33,969 nucleotides of DNA, taken from positions 1-33,969 of the forward strand of contig JAPYTV010000001.1 in NCBI GenBank assembly GCA_029941985.1, written 5' to 3'. The notes under the pieces are model-generated. The model was not told the DNA's origin, did no database searches, and saw only the letters and a program-made list of their open reading frames with translations. Shown in pieces: positions 26,128-33,969 of this stretch (the stretch's first letter is position 1; the number at the start of each line of letters is the position of its first letter). The position numbers were made by a program, and so were the translations under genes. This DNA is from Candidatus Pelagibacter sp. Its GTDB lineage: Bacteria; Pseudomonadota; Alphaproteobacteria; Pelagibacterales; Pelagibacteraceae.

Positions 26128-28509
26128 ATGGCTAGTTTAGTAGGTTCAAGAGTAGAGAGAAAAGAAGATAAAAGATTATTAACAGGTAAAGGAAGATATA
26201 CTGCTGATATCAATATCGCGAACCAAACCTACGCTGTATTTGTAAGATCCCCACATGCAAGAGCAAAAATTAAAAAAGTAGATACATCTAAAGCTTTAAA
26301 GGCATCAGGTGTTGTAGGAATATTGACTGGTGAAGAAATTGCCGCTGATAAAATAGGTGGCTTAATAGCTGGATGGGCAATTAGAAGCGAAGACGGTTCT
26401 GAAATGAAAGTACCAGCGAATCCTCCTCTAGCCAAAGATAGTGCAAATTTTGTAGGTGAACCAATCGCTGTTGTTTTTGCAGAATCTCTTGATGAAGCTA
26501 AAAATGCAGCAGATATAGTTAAAGTTGATTATAAAGTTTTAAAAGGTGTAATCAATACAGCTGATGCAATGAAAGGTGAAGCTATTCATGATGGAATAGA
26601 TAAGAATCTTTGTTACGATTGGTTGTTAGGTGACAGAAAAGCTGTTGATGAAGCTTTTTCAAAAGCTGACAAAATTATAAAAGTAGATTTAATTAACAAC
26701 AGGTGTGTTCCTAATGCAATGGAACCAAGAGCATGTGTAGTAGATTATAATACAGCATCTGAAGAAATAACTTTATATACAACAAGTCAAAATCCCCATC
26801 TTTCAAGATTGATAATGTCTGCATTTGGTGGTGTGGCTCCTGAAAATAAATTAAGAGTAGTTGCGCCTGATGTTGGGGGAGGTTTTGGTTCAAAAATAAA
26901 TGTTTATAATGAAGAGATTGTTTGTAGTTGGGCTTCAAAAAAAATTGAAAGACCAATTAAATGGGTGGCTGAAAGAACGGAATCTTTTTTAACAGATACT
27001 CATGGTAGAGATCATGTTACCCATGCAGAACTTGCAGTTAGTAATGATGGTAAATTTTTAGGATTTAAGAATGAAACAATTGCAAATCTTGGAGCTTATG
27101 CAAGAGTATTTGGTACCGTTACACCAACCTACTTATTTGGTCCTTGTGCAACTGGTGTTTATATAATCCCAGCAGCATATTCTAATGTTAAAGCTGTATA
27201 TACTAATACTGCTCCTGTAGACGCCTATAGAGGTGCAGGTAGACCAGAAGCAACCTACACAATTGAAAGATTAGTTGAAAAAGCTGCTATGGAACTTGGT
27301 ATTGATAGAACCGAAATAAGAATGAAAAATTTTCCAACTGAATTTCCATTTAAACAAACATTAATTCATACAGTTGACTCAGGAGATTACGTTGCTGGCT
27401 TAGAAAAAGCTAAACAAATGTCTGATTATAATGGTTTTGCAGCTAGAAGAAAAAAATCAGAAGCTAATGGAAAATTAAGAGGAATAGGAGTTTCTTCTTA
27501 TTTTGAAGCTTGCGGAATTGCACCTTCAGCTGTTGTTATGTCATTAGGTTGTGGTGTAGGATTATGGGAATCTTCAGAGGTTAGATTTAATCCAACAGGG
27601 CAAGTTTCAGTTTTCACAGGAGCACATAGTCATGGACAAGGTCATGACACAACATTTGCTCAGATTGCTGCAGATGAATTAGGAGTTACACTTGAAACAG
27701 TTGATGTAGTTCATGGAGATACAGATAAAGGAACTTTTGGAATGGGAACTTATGGTTCTAGATCACTAGCAGTTGGAGGAATAGCAATTGTTAATGCGTG
27801 TAGAAAAATTGTAGCTAAAGGAAAAAGGGTTGCTGCAAAAATGCTAGAAGTAAGCGAAGACGAAATAAATTTTAAAGATGGAGAATTTGTTGTAACAAAA
27901 TCCAATAAAAAGAAAACTATTGGTGAAGTTGCATTTGCTTGTTATTTACCAGGTAGCAGAGATTCAGACTTTAAATCACCATTACCAGAAGGTGAAGAGC
28001 CAGGATTAATTGAGTCATCATTTTTTGATCCGGCAAATTTTTCTTTTCCAGCAGGATCTCATATTTCTGAAGTAGAAATAGATCCTGATACAGGAGAAGT
28101 TAAAGTAGAGAAATATACTGCTGTTGATGATTTTGGTAGAATTGTGAATCCATTAGTTGTTGAAGGTCAAGTCCACGGTGGTATAGCACAAGGAATTGGA
28201 CAAGCACTTCATGAAAATACAGAATACGATGAAACTGGACAACTAATTACAGCATCATATATGGACTATACAATGCCAAGAGCCGATAATTTTCCAGAGT
28301 TTAATTTAGGTTTTACTTGTACGCACGCAACGACAAACCCGCTAGGAGTTAAAGGTTGTGGAGAAGCAGGAGCAATTGCTTCACCCCCAGCAATAATGAA
28401 TGCTGTTATTGATGCCCTAGACGGACAAGAAATATCAATGCCAGCTACAGCTGAAAAAGTTTGGAAAGCTTGTAAGTTACTAAAAAAATCTAACTCTAAA
28501 GCAGCATAA
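26128..28509 (+). CDS. coxL: Molybdenum hydroxylase large subunit, form II CoxL-like (xanthine oxidase family)
   Basis: GGGFGSK, AYRGAGRPE (form II; not AYxCSFR), HGQGH.T, TYGSRS, VEGQVHGG, KGCGEAG. Confidence 0.92.
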   Translation: MASLVGSRVERKEDKRLLTGKGRYTADINIANQTYAVFVRSPHARAKIKKVDTSKALKASGVVGILTGEEIAADKIGGLIAGWAIRSEDGSEMKVPANPPLAKDSANFVGEPIAVVFAESLDEAKNAADIVKVDYKVLKGVINTADAMKGEAIHDGIDKNLCYDWLLGDRKAVDEAFSKADKIIKVDLINNRCVPNAMEPRACVVDYNTASEEITLYTTSQNPHLSRLIMSAFGGVAPENKLRVVAPDVGGGFGSKINVYNEEIVCSWASKKIERPIKWVAERTESFLTDTHGRDHVTHAELAVSNDGKFLGFKNETIANLGAYARVFGTVTPTYLFGPCATGVYIIPAAYSNVKAVYTNTAPVDAYRGAGRPEATYTIERLVEKAAMELGIDRTEIRMKNFPTEFPFKQTLIHTVDSGDYVAGLEKAKQMSDYNGFAARRKKSEANGKLRGIGVSSYFEACGIAPSAVVMSLGCGVGLWESSEVRFNPTGQVSVFTGAHSHGQGHDTTFAQIAADELGVTLETVDVVHGDTDKGTFGMGTYGSRSLAVGGIAIVNACRKIVAKGKRVAAKMLEVSEDEINFKDGEFVVTKSNKKKTIGEVAFACYLPGSRDSDFKSPLPEGEEPGLIESSFFDPANFSFPAGSHISEVEIDPDTGEVKVEKYTAVDDFGRIVNPLVVEGQVHGGIAQGIGQALHENTEYDETGQLITASYMDYTMPRADNFPEFNLGFTCTHATTNPLGVKGCGEAGAIASPPAIMNAVIDALDGQEISMPATAEKVWKACKLLKKSNSKAA

Positions 28510-28518
28510 GGATAAAAT

Positions 28519-29304
28519 ATGAAAACATTTAATTATCATGTACCCAAAAATGTCAAAGAGGCTTCAAAGTTAGCTTCAACTAGTTCAGCTTTTTTAGCTG
28601 GTGGAATGACAAGTGTTCCTTCAATGAAATTAGGATTAGCAACTTATAAAGATATAATTGATATAAAACATATCAAAAAATTGTCAGGAATTAAGGTTAG
28701 TGGAAAAACAGTTACAATTGGTGCAACAACAAAACATGCGGAAGTAGCAAATTCTAGAGATGTTAAAAAAGCAATACCATCTTTAACAAAGTTAGCAGGT
28801 GGAATAGGTGATGCACAAGTTAGAAATAGAGGAACAGTAGGTGGATCTATAGCGAACAATGATCCTTCCGCATGTTATCCATCAGCGTGCATGGCACTTA
28901 ATGCAATTATTCATACAAACAATAGAAAAATAGAAGCATCAAAATTTTTTAAAGGTATGTTTGAAACAGCTTTAAAAAAAGGTGAATTAATTGAAGCTGT
29001 TGAGTTTCAAATACCAGTAAAATCAAACTACCAAAAACATCCAAACCCTGCATCTAGATATGCAATAGTGGGTGTTTATTTAGCAAAACATAAAAAGGAA
29101 GTTAACGTTGCAGTTACTGGTGCAAAATCTTCTGTTTATATTGATAAAGATTTATCAAAAGCATTATCATCTAGTTTTTCATCTTCAGCAATTGATGGAA
29201 TGAAGCTGGATAGTTCAGAAATGAACTCAGATATTCATGCTTCTGGAGATTTTAGAGCGAGTTTGGTGGTTACATACGCTAAAAAAGCTGTAGAAGCCTG
29301 TTAA
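28519..29304 (+). CDS. coxM: Molybdenum hydroxylase medium (FAD-binding) subunit
   Basis: LAGG, IGATT.H, IGDAQVRNRGTVGGS.ANNDP, NPASRYA, SDIHAS..FR. Confidence 0.92.
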   Translation: MKTFNYHVPKNVKEASKLASTSSAFLAGGMTSVPSMKLGLATYKDIIDIKHIKKLSGIKVSGKTVTIGATTKHAEVANSRDVKKAIPSLTKLAGGIGDAQVRNRGTVGGSIANNDPSACYPSACMALNAIIHTNNRKIEASKFFKGMFETALKKGELIEAVEFQIPVKSNYQKHPNPASRYAIVGVYLAKHKKEVNVAVTGAKSSVYIDKDLSKALSSSFSSSAIDGMKLDSSEMNSDIHASGDFRASLVVTYAKKAVEAC

Positions 29305-29342
29305 CTATTCCAAACTTAATAATATTTGTTTAATAATGATGA

Positions 29343-29672
29343 ATGAAAAATTCATTTGATGAAAAAATTTTAGAAGAGGCAAATGATTGGGTAAAAGCTA
29401 ATCAAAAAGTAGTCCTTGCAACTGTAATTCAAACCTGGGGATCTTCTCCTAGACCCACTGGGAGCAGGATGATTGTCAATGAAAATGGAGATTTTTCAGG
29501 ATCAGTTTCTGGTGGCTGCGTAGAGTCAGCAGTTGTTAGAGAATGCATTGGAATTATAAAGGAAAATAAACTTTTTAAAAAGATAGAATTTAAAGTTTCA
29601 AATGAAAGCGCATGGGAAGTTGGACTTGCTTGTGGCGGTGAAATTGCAGTTTATTTAGAACAGGTAAATTGA
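29343..29672 (+). CDS. xdhC: XdhC/CoxI family maturation factor, N-terminal domain as a separate gene
   Basis: LATV..TWGSSPR..GS, GSVSGGCVE, AWEVGLACGG. Confidence 0.88.
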   Translation: MKNSFDEKILEEANDWVKANQKVVLATVIQTWGSSPRPTGSRMIVNENGDFSGSVSGGCVESAVVRECIGIIKENKLFKKIEFKVSNESAWEVGLACGGEIAVYLEQVN

Positions 29673-30352
29673 TGCAATTAAAAATTTTACAAGAAATTAT
29701 AAAAAAAAAGAAAAATAAATCTGAGTTTGCAATAATTACGAATCTTGAATCTGGAAATAGTGAAATCTTTGAACTAGGAAAAACTATTAGTAAAGATTTT
29801 GAAAAGTATTCTGAAAAAATAAACGATTTTTATAAAAATAAAAAAAATGGAGTTATTGAAGACAGCAATATATTTGTTGAGACTTATATTAGACCAATAA
29901 AAGTCATTATTGTTGGAGCAGTGCATATTGCTCAGTATCTTATTGATTATGCTAAGAGTTTAAATTTTGAAATAACCGTTATTGACCCAAGAGGATACTT
30001 TGCTACAAAACAAAGATTTCCGGAAATGGAAATAATAAATAAATGGCCTGATGAAGCTTTTGAAAAAATTAAAACAGATTCAAGTACAGCTTTAATTGCT
30101 TTAACTCACGATCCTAAAATTGACGATCCTGCAATACAACATGCTTTAAAGAAAAAATTTTATTATATAGGTGCTTTAGGCAGTAAAAAAACTCACTCAA
30201 ATAGATGTGAGAGATTAAAAGAAGCAGGATTTAATATGAATGAAATAAATTCTATTCATGGACCAATTGGAATTAAATTAGGTGGAAAATCTGCTCCAGA
30301 AATAGCTTTATCTATCATCTCTCAATTAGTTGCTGAAACTTATAAAAAATGA
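29672..30352 (+). CDS. xdhC: XdhC/CoxF family maturation factor, C-terminal Rossmann domain
   Basis: GAVHIAQ, IDPR..FA...RFP, LTHDPKIDD, YIGALGS, IHGPIG..LG...PEIALSI. ATG at 29672 (TGATG overlap). Confidence 0.88.
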   Translation: MQLKILQEIIKKKKNKSEFAIITNLESGNSEIFELGKTISKDFEKYSEKINDFYKNKKNGVIEDSNIFVETYIRPIKVIIVGAVHIAQYLIDYAKSLNFEITVIDPRGYFATKQRFPEMEIINKWPDEAFEKIKTDSSTALIALTHDPKIDDPAIQHALKKKFYYIGALGSKKTHSNRCERLKEAGFNMNEINSIHGPIGIKLGGKSAPEIALSIISQLVAETYKK

Positions 30353-31119
30353 AACTTAATAATAAACAACTTAAAAAAATTAATGAAAATGGATATATTA
30401 TTTTATCAGGATGTTTTTCTAATAAAGAAGTAAATAATCTTCGTAAAGAAATGAAAAAAGTTTTTAAAGAAAAGAGTGAAGCTAACATAATAGAAAAATC
30501 TTCAGGGGTAGTTCGTACTGCAATGGGCTTACATCTTAGAAGTAAGATTTTTAATAATCTCACACGCCACCCTAAATTTTTTGAACCGGCGTCTCAGATA
30601 ATTGGTCATAATCTTTATATACAGCAGACAAAAATTAATATCAAAGCTGCTTTTACAGGTGAGGTTTGGCAATGGCATTATGATTTTGCAACTCATTTTG
30701 GAGAAGACGGCGTTCCTAAACCACTGGCTTTGAATTTACATGTTTACCTGGATGACGTTACTGAATTTAATGGCCCACTTTTTTTTATTCCTAAATCTCA
30801 TAAATATGGTTCTGCACCATCAAAACTCGATACAGTGACTACGAATTATCCATTATGGGTAGTTGATCACAAGAACGTTAAAGATCTTGTAAAAAAAAAT
30901 GGAATTGTATCAGCCCATGGAAAAGCTGGAACAGTTGTAATTTTTGTAGACAAATTAGTACATGGATCAGCACAGAATATGTCACCAATGGATAGGGCAA
31001 TTTTTTCAGTTATCTTAAACCCGTGTGATAATAAGCAAACCAAATTTGTTCGTCCAGAATATAAACATGGACGAGATTTTAAGCCTATTAAGGCTTCATC
31101 CAATAAAAGCTTGTTATGA
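30349..31119 (+). CDS. Phytanoyl-CoA dioxygenase family Fe(II)/2OG dioxygenase, ectoine hydroxylase (EctD)-like
   Basis: Q.KIN.K..F.G, WQWHYDFATHFGEDGVP (HxD), NGPL..IP.SH, VHGSAQN.S...R. ATGA overlap with xdhC. Confidence 0.85.
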   Translation: MKLNNKQLKKINENGYIILSGCFSNKEVNNLRKEMKKVFKEKSEANIIEKSSGVVRTAMGLHLRSKIFNNLTRHPKFFEPASQIIGHNLYIQQTKINIKAAFTGEVWQWHYDFATHFGEDGVPKPLALNLHVYLDDVTEFNGPLFFIPKSHKYGSAPSKLDTVTTNYPLWVVDHKNVKDLVKKNGIVSAHGKAGTVVIFVDKLVHGSAQNMSPMDRAIFSVILNPCDNKQTKFVRPEYKHGRDFKPIKASSNKSLL

Positions 31120-31148
31120 AATTAAAAAAAATAAAGAAGAAATCATAA

Positions 31149-31724
31149 GTGATAAGTGCAATTCTTTTAGCAGCTGGAGAATCAAAAAGAATTTTAAAAG
31201 AAAATAAATTAGTTAAAACCTATAAAGGAAAACCTTTAATTAATCATATTTTAAAATCTTTAATCAAAAGTAAAATTAAAAAAATAATTATAATTTTAGG
31301 TCATGAAAAAAATAAAGTTAAAAAAGCAACTTTAAAAAGTAAAAAAATTAGTTTTGTTATTAATAAAAATTATAAAAAAGGTATATCTTCATCAATAAAA
31401 TTGGGTATTAAAAAAATACATAAAAAAAATAAAGGTTTTATAATTGTTCAAGCTGACATGCCTTTTGTTAAATCTTTACATATTAATAAAATTTATAATT
31501 CATTATCAAAAAAACATAATTTAATTCATGTGATGAGATATAAAAATATAATAGGAAATCCAATCGGTTTTAAAACATCAGTTATAAGTAAATTTAGAAA
31601 AATTTCTGGAGATATTGGTGCTAAATATATGGTTAAAAGATTAAAGAAAGATACGCATTTTATTAAAATTGGTTCTAATAAGATATTTAAAGATTTGGAT
31701 TTTAAAAAAGATTTTTCTAGTTAG
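31149..31724 (+). CDS. mocA: Molybdenum cofactor cytidylyltransferase (MocA-like nucleotidyltransferase)
   Basis: ILLAAGESKR..NKL, N..Y..G.SSS...G, ADMP, GNP, GD.GA, DLD; located in a Mo-hydroxylase operon; GTG start. Confidence 0.8.
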   Translation: MISAILLAAGESKRILKENKLVKTYKGKPLINHILKSLIKSKIKKIIIILGHEKNKVKKATLKSKKISFVINKNYKKGISSSIKLGIKKIHKKNKGFIIVQADMPFVKSLHINKIYNSLSKKHNLIHVMRYKNIIGNPIGFKTSVISKFRKISGDIGAKYMVKRLKKDTHFIKIGSNKIFKDLDFKKDFSS

Positions 31725-32163
31725 CTTGAATTGGGTTACCTTTTAACCACTCGCTATCTTCATTCTCATAGTGTTCTTTTTTCCAAATAGGAGATCTTTT
31801 TTTAATTTCCTCTATTATATAACGAGATAATACAAAAGCTTGGTCTCTATGTTTACAAGCAACGGCAATAATAATACTTATTTCACCTAAACCAACATGC
31901 CCTTTAATATGCTCAATAAATACTGCTTTATCTTTTATGCTTAGTTTTTCATCCACTTCTTTATATATTTCTTCAAAACTTTTTATAACTAATTCGTCAT
32001 GACTATCATAAGTCATGCTGGTAACTTTTTTGTTTTCATTAATATCTCTAACTGTGCCTGTAAAAAATATAGAAGCACCAAATTTTGAAGAAGCAATAAA
32101 ACTTTCTGCAGAAGAAATCTTGATTTTTTCTTTCTTAATATCGACAACTTTAGTGTGAAGCAT
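31717..32163 (-). CDS. moaE: Molybdopterin synthase catalytic subunit
   Basis: GA..FTGTVR, H..G....GE, HR..AF, IK...PIWKKE. Confidence 0.93.
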   Translation of the reverse strand: MLHTKVVDIKKEKIKISSAESFIASSKFGASIFFTGTVRDINENKKVTSMTYDSHDELVIKSFEEIYKEVDEKLSIKDKAVFIEHIKGHVGLGEISIIIAVACKHRDQAFVLSRYIIEEIKKRSPIWKKEHYENEDSEWLKGNPIQAN

Positions 32164-32432
32164 TAACCTCCTCCAATAGGTGGTATAATAGCAATTTTTT
32201 GATCTTTGGTAATTTTATAATTGTCATTAATAATATTATTATCTTCTGAGCAAAAAGCTGAGGTTTCTACAATTTTTTTAAAACCCTCATTTTCTTTGAA
32301 ATTTACTTTTACATAATTAATTATTTCTTTTCTAAAGTCTTTAATTGAGATTTTTTCTTTAATGTTAAATTCTAGAAAATCTTTATTGCTAAAGTCTCTA
32401 CTTGCACCGAATAGCTCAAGTTTTACTTTCAT
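32163..32432 (-). CDS. moaD: Molybdopterin synthase sulfur carrier subunit
   Basis: Beta-grasp size, LFG near the N-terminus, C-terminal IAIIPPIGGG; between moaC and moaE. Confidence 0.88.
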   Translation of the reverse strand: MKVKLELFGASRDFSNKDFLEFNIKEKISIKDFRKEIINYVKVNFKENEGFKKIVETSAFCSEDNNIINDNYKITKDQKIAIIPPIGGG

Positions 32433-32435
32433 AAT

Positions 32436-32981
32436 TTAAAAAATATTTTTTAAAAATTTAGGAAGACCATCTGGATTAGTCCATAATCCACTTTTTCCAC
32501 CTTCTTTAATTAATAATCTCACATTATCAATTCTAAGATGAGGGTTTACAATTTTACTAAGATCATAAATTGTAATGAGTGCAGCATTAACGCCCATAAT
32601 TGCTTCCATCTCAACGCCTGTTTTAGCAACAGCTGACACAACACAAAACACCTCTAAAGAATTATTTTCTTCATGCATAATAATTTTAGTTGCAGTATGA
32701 TCTATTGGAAGAGGGTGACATAACGGGATTAATTCACTTGTTTTTTTAACGCCTAATACAGCAGAGACTTCAGCTAAAGCAATAGGATCACCTTTTGGCA
32801 TTTCTTTATCCTTAATTAATTGAAAAACTTCTTTTCCAACATAAATTTTTCCTGACGCTAGCGCCCTTCTGAATGTTTCTTTTTTAGATGAAACATCAAT
32901 CATATTAAAAGAATTTTTTTTAAAAATTTCTTTAGCCCAATCTTTCAAGTCTTCTTGATTAACTAATTTAAGATTTTTCAT
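32436..32981 (-). CDS. moaC: Cyclic pyranopterin monophosphate synthase
   Basis: MIDVSSK..T.R.A.A, KGD, LIPLCHPL, TGVEMEA, IYDL.K, K.GGKSG. Confidence 0.95.
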   Translation of the reverse strand: MKNLKLVNQEDLKDWAKEIFKKNSFNMIDVSSKKETFRRALASGKIYVGKEVFQLIKDKEMPKGDPIALAEVSAVLGVKKTSELIPLCHPLPIDHTATKIIMHEENNSLEVFCVVSAVAKTGVEMEAIMGVNAALITIYDLSKIVNPHLRIDNVRLLIKEGGKSGLWTNPDGLPKFLKNIF

Positions 32982-33969
32982 TATCCTCCAGTTGTTGATA
33001 AATTAGGAGTAATACCAGTATCTCCGAGTTCTAAATAATGTGACTCTTTTTTAAGGTGTAGTTGTTTTATGACCAGGTCTACAAGCTCTTCTTTTTGACT
33101 ATCACTTTGTAAAAGATGTCGGATACTAATTCCTGTATTTCCAAAAAGACATAGTCTTAAATCTCCTCTAGAAGTAATTCTTAATCTATTACACGTTTTA
33201 CAAAAATCTTTAGAGTACGGAGCTATTAACCCAAATTTACCTTCAAATTCAGGATGAATAAAGTTTAATGACGGGCCTGCATCCTTGCCATAAGTTTGTT
33301 GTATCCAATTATTTTTATGCAAATAATCTTTAAATATTTTTGAAGAAACGTGATTTTTTTTAAAATAATCTAAATTATCACCTGTTTGCATCAATTCTAT
33401 AAATCTAAAATCAATTTTGTTATTTTTAATAAAGTTTCCAAATCTCTCAAAATCTTCATAAGAATCGTTGATATTTTTAAGTAAAACAGCGTTAACTTTT
33501 ATATTTTTGAAATTTAGTTCTTGTAAAATTTTAATTCCTTCTAAAATTTCAGGGAGTCTATCATGTCCAGTTAGTTTTTTAAAAGTTTCTCTATTTAAAC
33601 TATCTATACTAATATTAATTCCATTCAAACCTACTTCATACAATTGTTTAGCAATTTTATCTAATCGATAGCCATTAGTAGTCATTGTTATTTTTGGAAT
33701 ATTTGAATTTTGCTTCATATCTTTAAGGATATCAAAAAAATCTTTTCTAACTGTTGGTTCCCCACCGGTTAACCTAATTTTACAAACTCCTAGTTCTGAC
33801 AAAGCTTTAGTTAATCTTGATATCTCTTCAGCAGACATAAAACTTCTCATATCTCCTGGATTTTTTTTATAACCCTGAGGCAAACAGTAAGTACATTTAT
33901 AGTTACAAACATCGGTAATAGATAATCTTATGTAAGGAAATTTTCTTCCAAAAGTATCAGTAAGTGTTT
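32981..33969 (-). CDS. moaA: GTP 3',8-cyclase (radical SAM); N-terminus runs off the right edge
   Basis: The frame stays open upstream of the track's TTG at 33883: ...TLTDTFGRKFPYIRLSITDVCNYKCTYCLP (CxxxCxxC). Also RLTGGEP, FCKTCNRLR...CL and C-terminal GG. Confidence 0.96.
   Translation of the reverse strand, partial: TLTDTFGRKFPYIRLSITDVCNYKCTYCLPQGYKKNPGDMRSFMSAEEISRLTKALSELGVCKIRLTGGEPTVRKDFFDILKDMKQNSNIPKITMTTNGYRLDKIAKQLYEVGLNGINISIDSLNRETFKKLTGHDRLPEILEGIKILQELNFKNIKVNAVLLKNINDSYEDFERFGNFIKNNKIDFRFIELMQTGDNLDYFKKNHVSSKIFKDYLHKNNWIQQTYGKDAGPSLNFIHPEFEGKFGLIAPYSKDFCKTCNRLRITSRGDLRLCLFGNTGISIRHLLQSDSQKEELVDLVIKQLHLKKESHYLELGDTGITPNLSTTGG

Noticed and set aside
26128-28509. Bona fide (form I) aerobic CO dehydrogenase
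   Set aside because: The active-site loop is AYRGAGR, not AYxCSFR; gene order is S-L-M; no coxD or coxE is in the window.
29343-30352. Frameshifted xdhC pseudogene or programmed frameshift
   Set aside because: There is a clean TGATG stop/start overlap, both halves keep their motifs, and two-gene XdhC is a known arrangement in Alphaproteobacteria.
30349-31119. True ectD
   Set aside because: The signature differs at several substrate-side positions and no ectABC genes are present.
1032-33671. Short antisense or out-of-frame ORFs in the track (for example 1032-1217, 2005-2220, 11186-11479, 17959-18315, 25775-26056, 26711-26956, 31025-31207, 33468-33671)
   Set aside because: They overlap well-supported genes, carry no recognisable motifs and look like shadow ORFs.
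33883-33969. moaA lacking its radical-SAM motif, as the ORF track implies
   Set aside because: The frame is open to the window edge and contains CNYKCTYC, so the truncation is an edge artefact.
1-33969. CRISPR array, tRNA/rRNA, IS element, prophage or defence system
   Set aside because: No regularly spaced repeats, cloverleaf, transposase, integrase or nuclease motifs were seen by eye, and all intergenic gaps are under about 165 nt.

Overview
Very AT-rich, tightly packed window with abutting or overlapping genes, typical of a streamlined marine alphaproteobacterium. Pelagibacterales/SAR11 is inferred from gene content and RNA motifs, not from a search. Left third: a methylated-amine/C1 region with partial tmm, glpK, a gpsA-like gene, a class-I glutamine amidotransferase-like gene, fhs and soxBDAG. 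Middle: an EamA transporter, two paralogous small lipoproteins with a duplicated leader, an Asp/Glu racemase, a cupin, an alpha/beta hydrolase, a cold-shock protein, a GNAT, a metallo-beta-lactamase-fold hydrolase and purKE. These are followed by an uncharacterised three-gene operon (atypical M19 'dipeptidase', 553-aa unknown protein, DUF3726) and a homocysteine S-methyltransferase under a tandem SAM-II/SAM-V riboswitch. Right third: a molybdoenzyme region with a TauE/TSUP transporter, moaB, DUF1244, coxG-S-L-M (form II type, not a classical CO dehydrogenase), a split xdhC, an EctD-like 2-oxoglutarate dioxygenase coupled into the operon, mocA and moaEDCA (moaA partial). No tRNA, rRNA, CRISPR array or transposase was seen.
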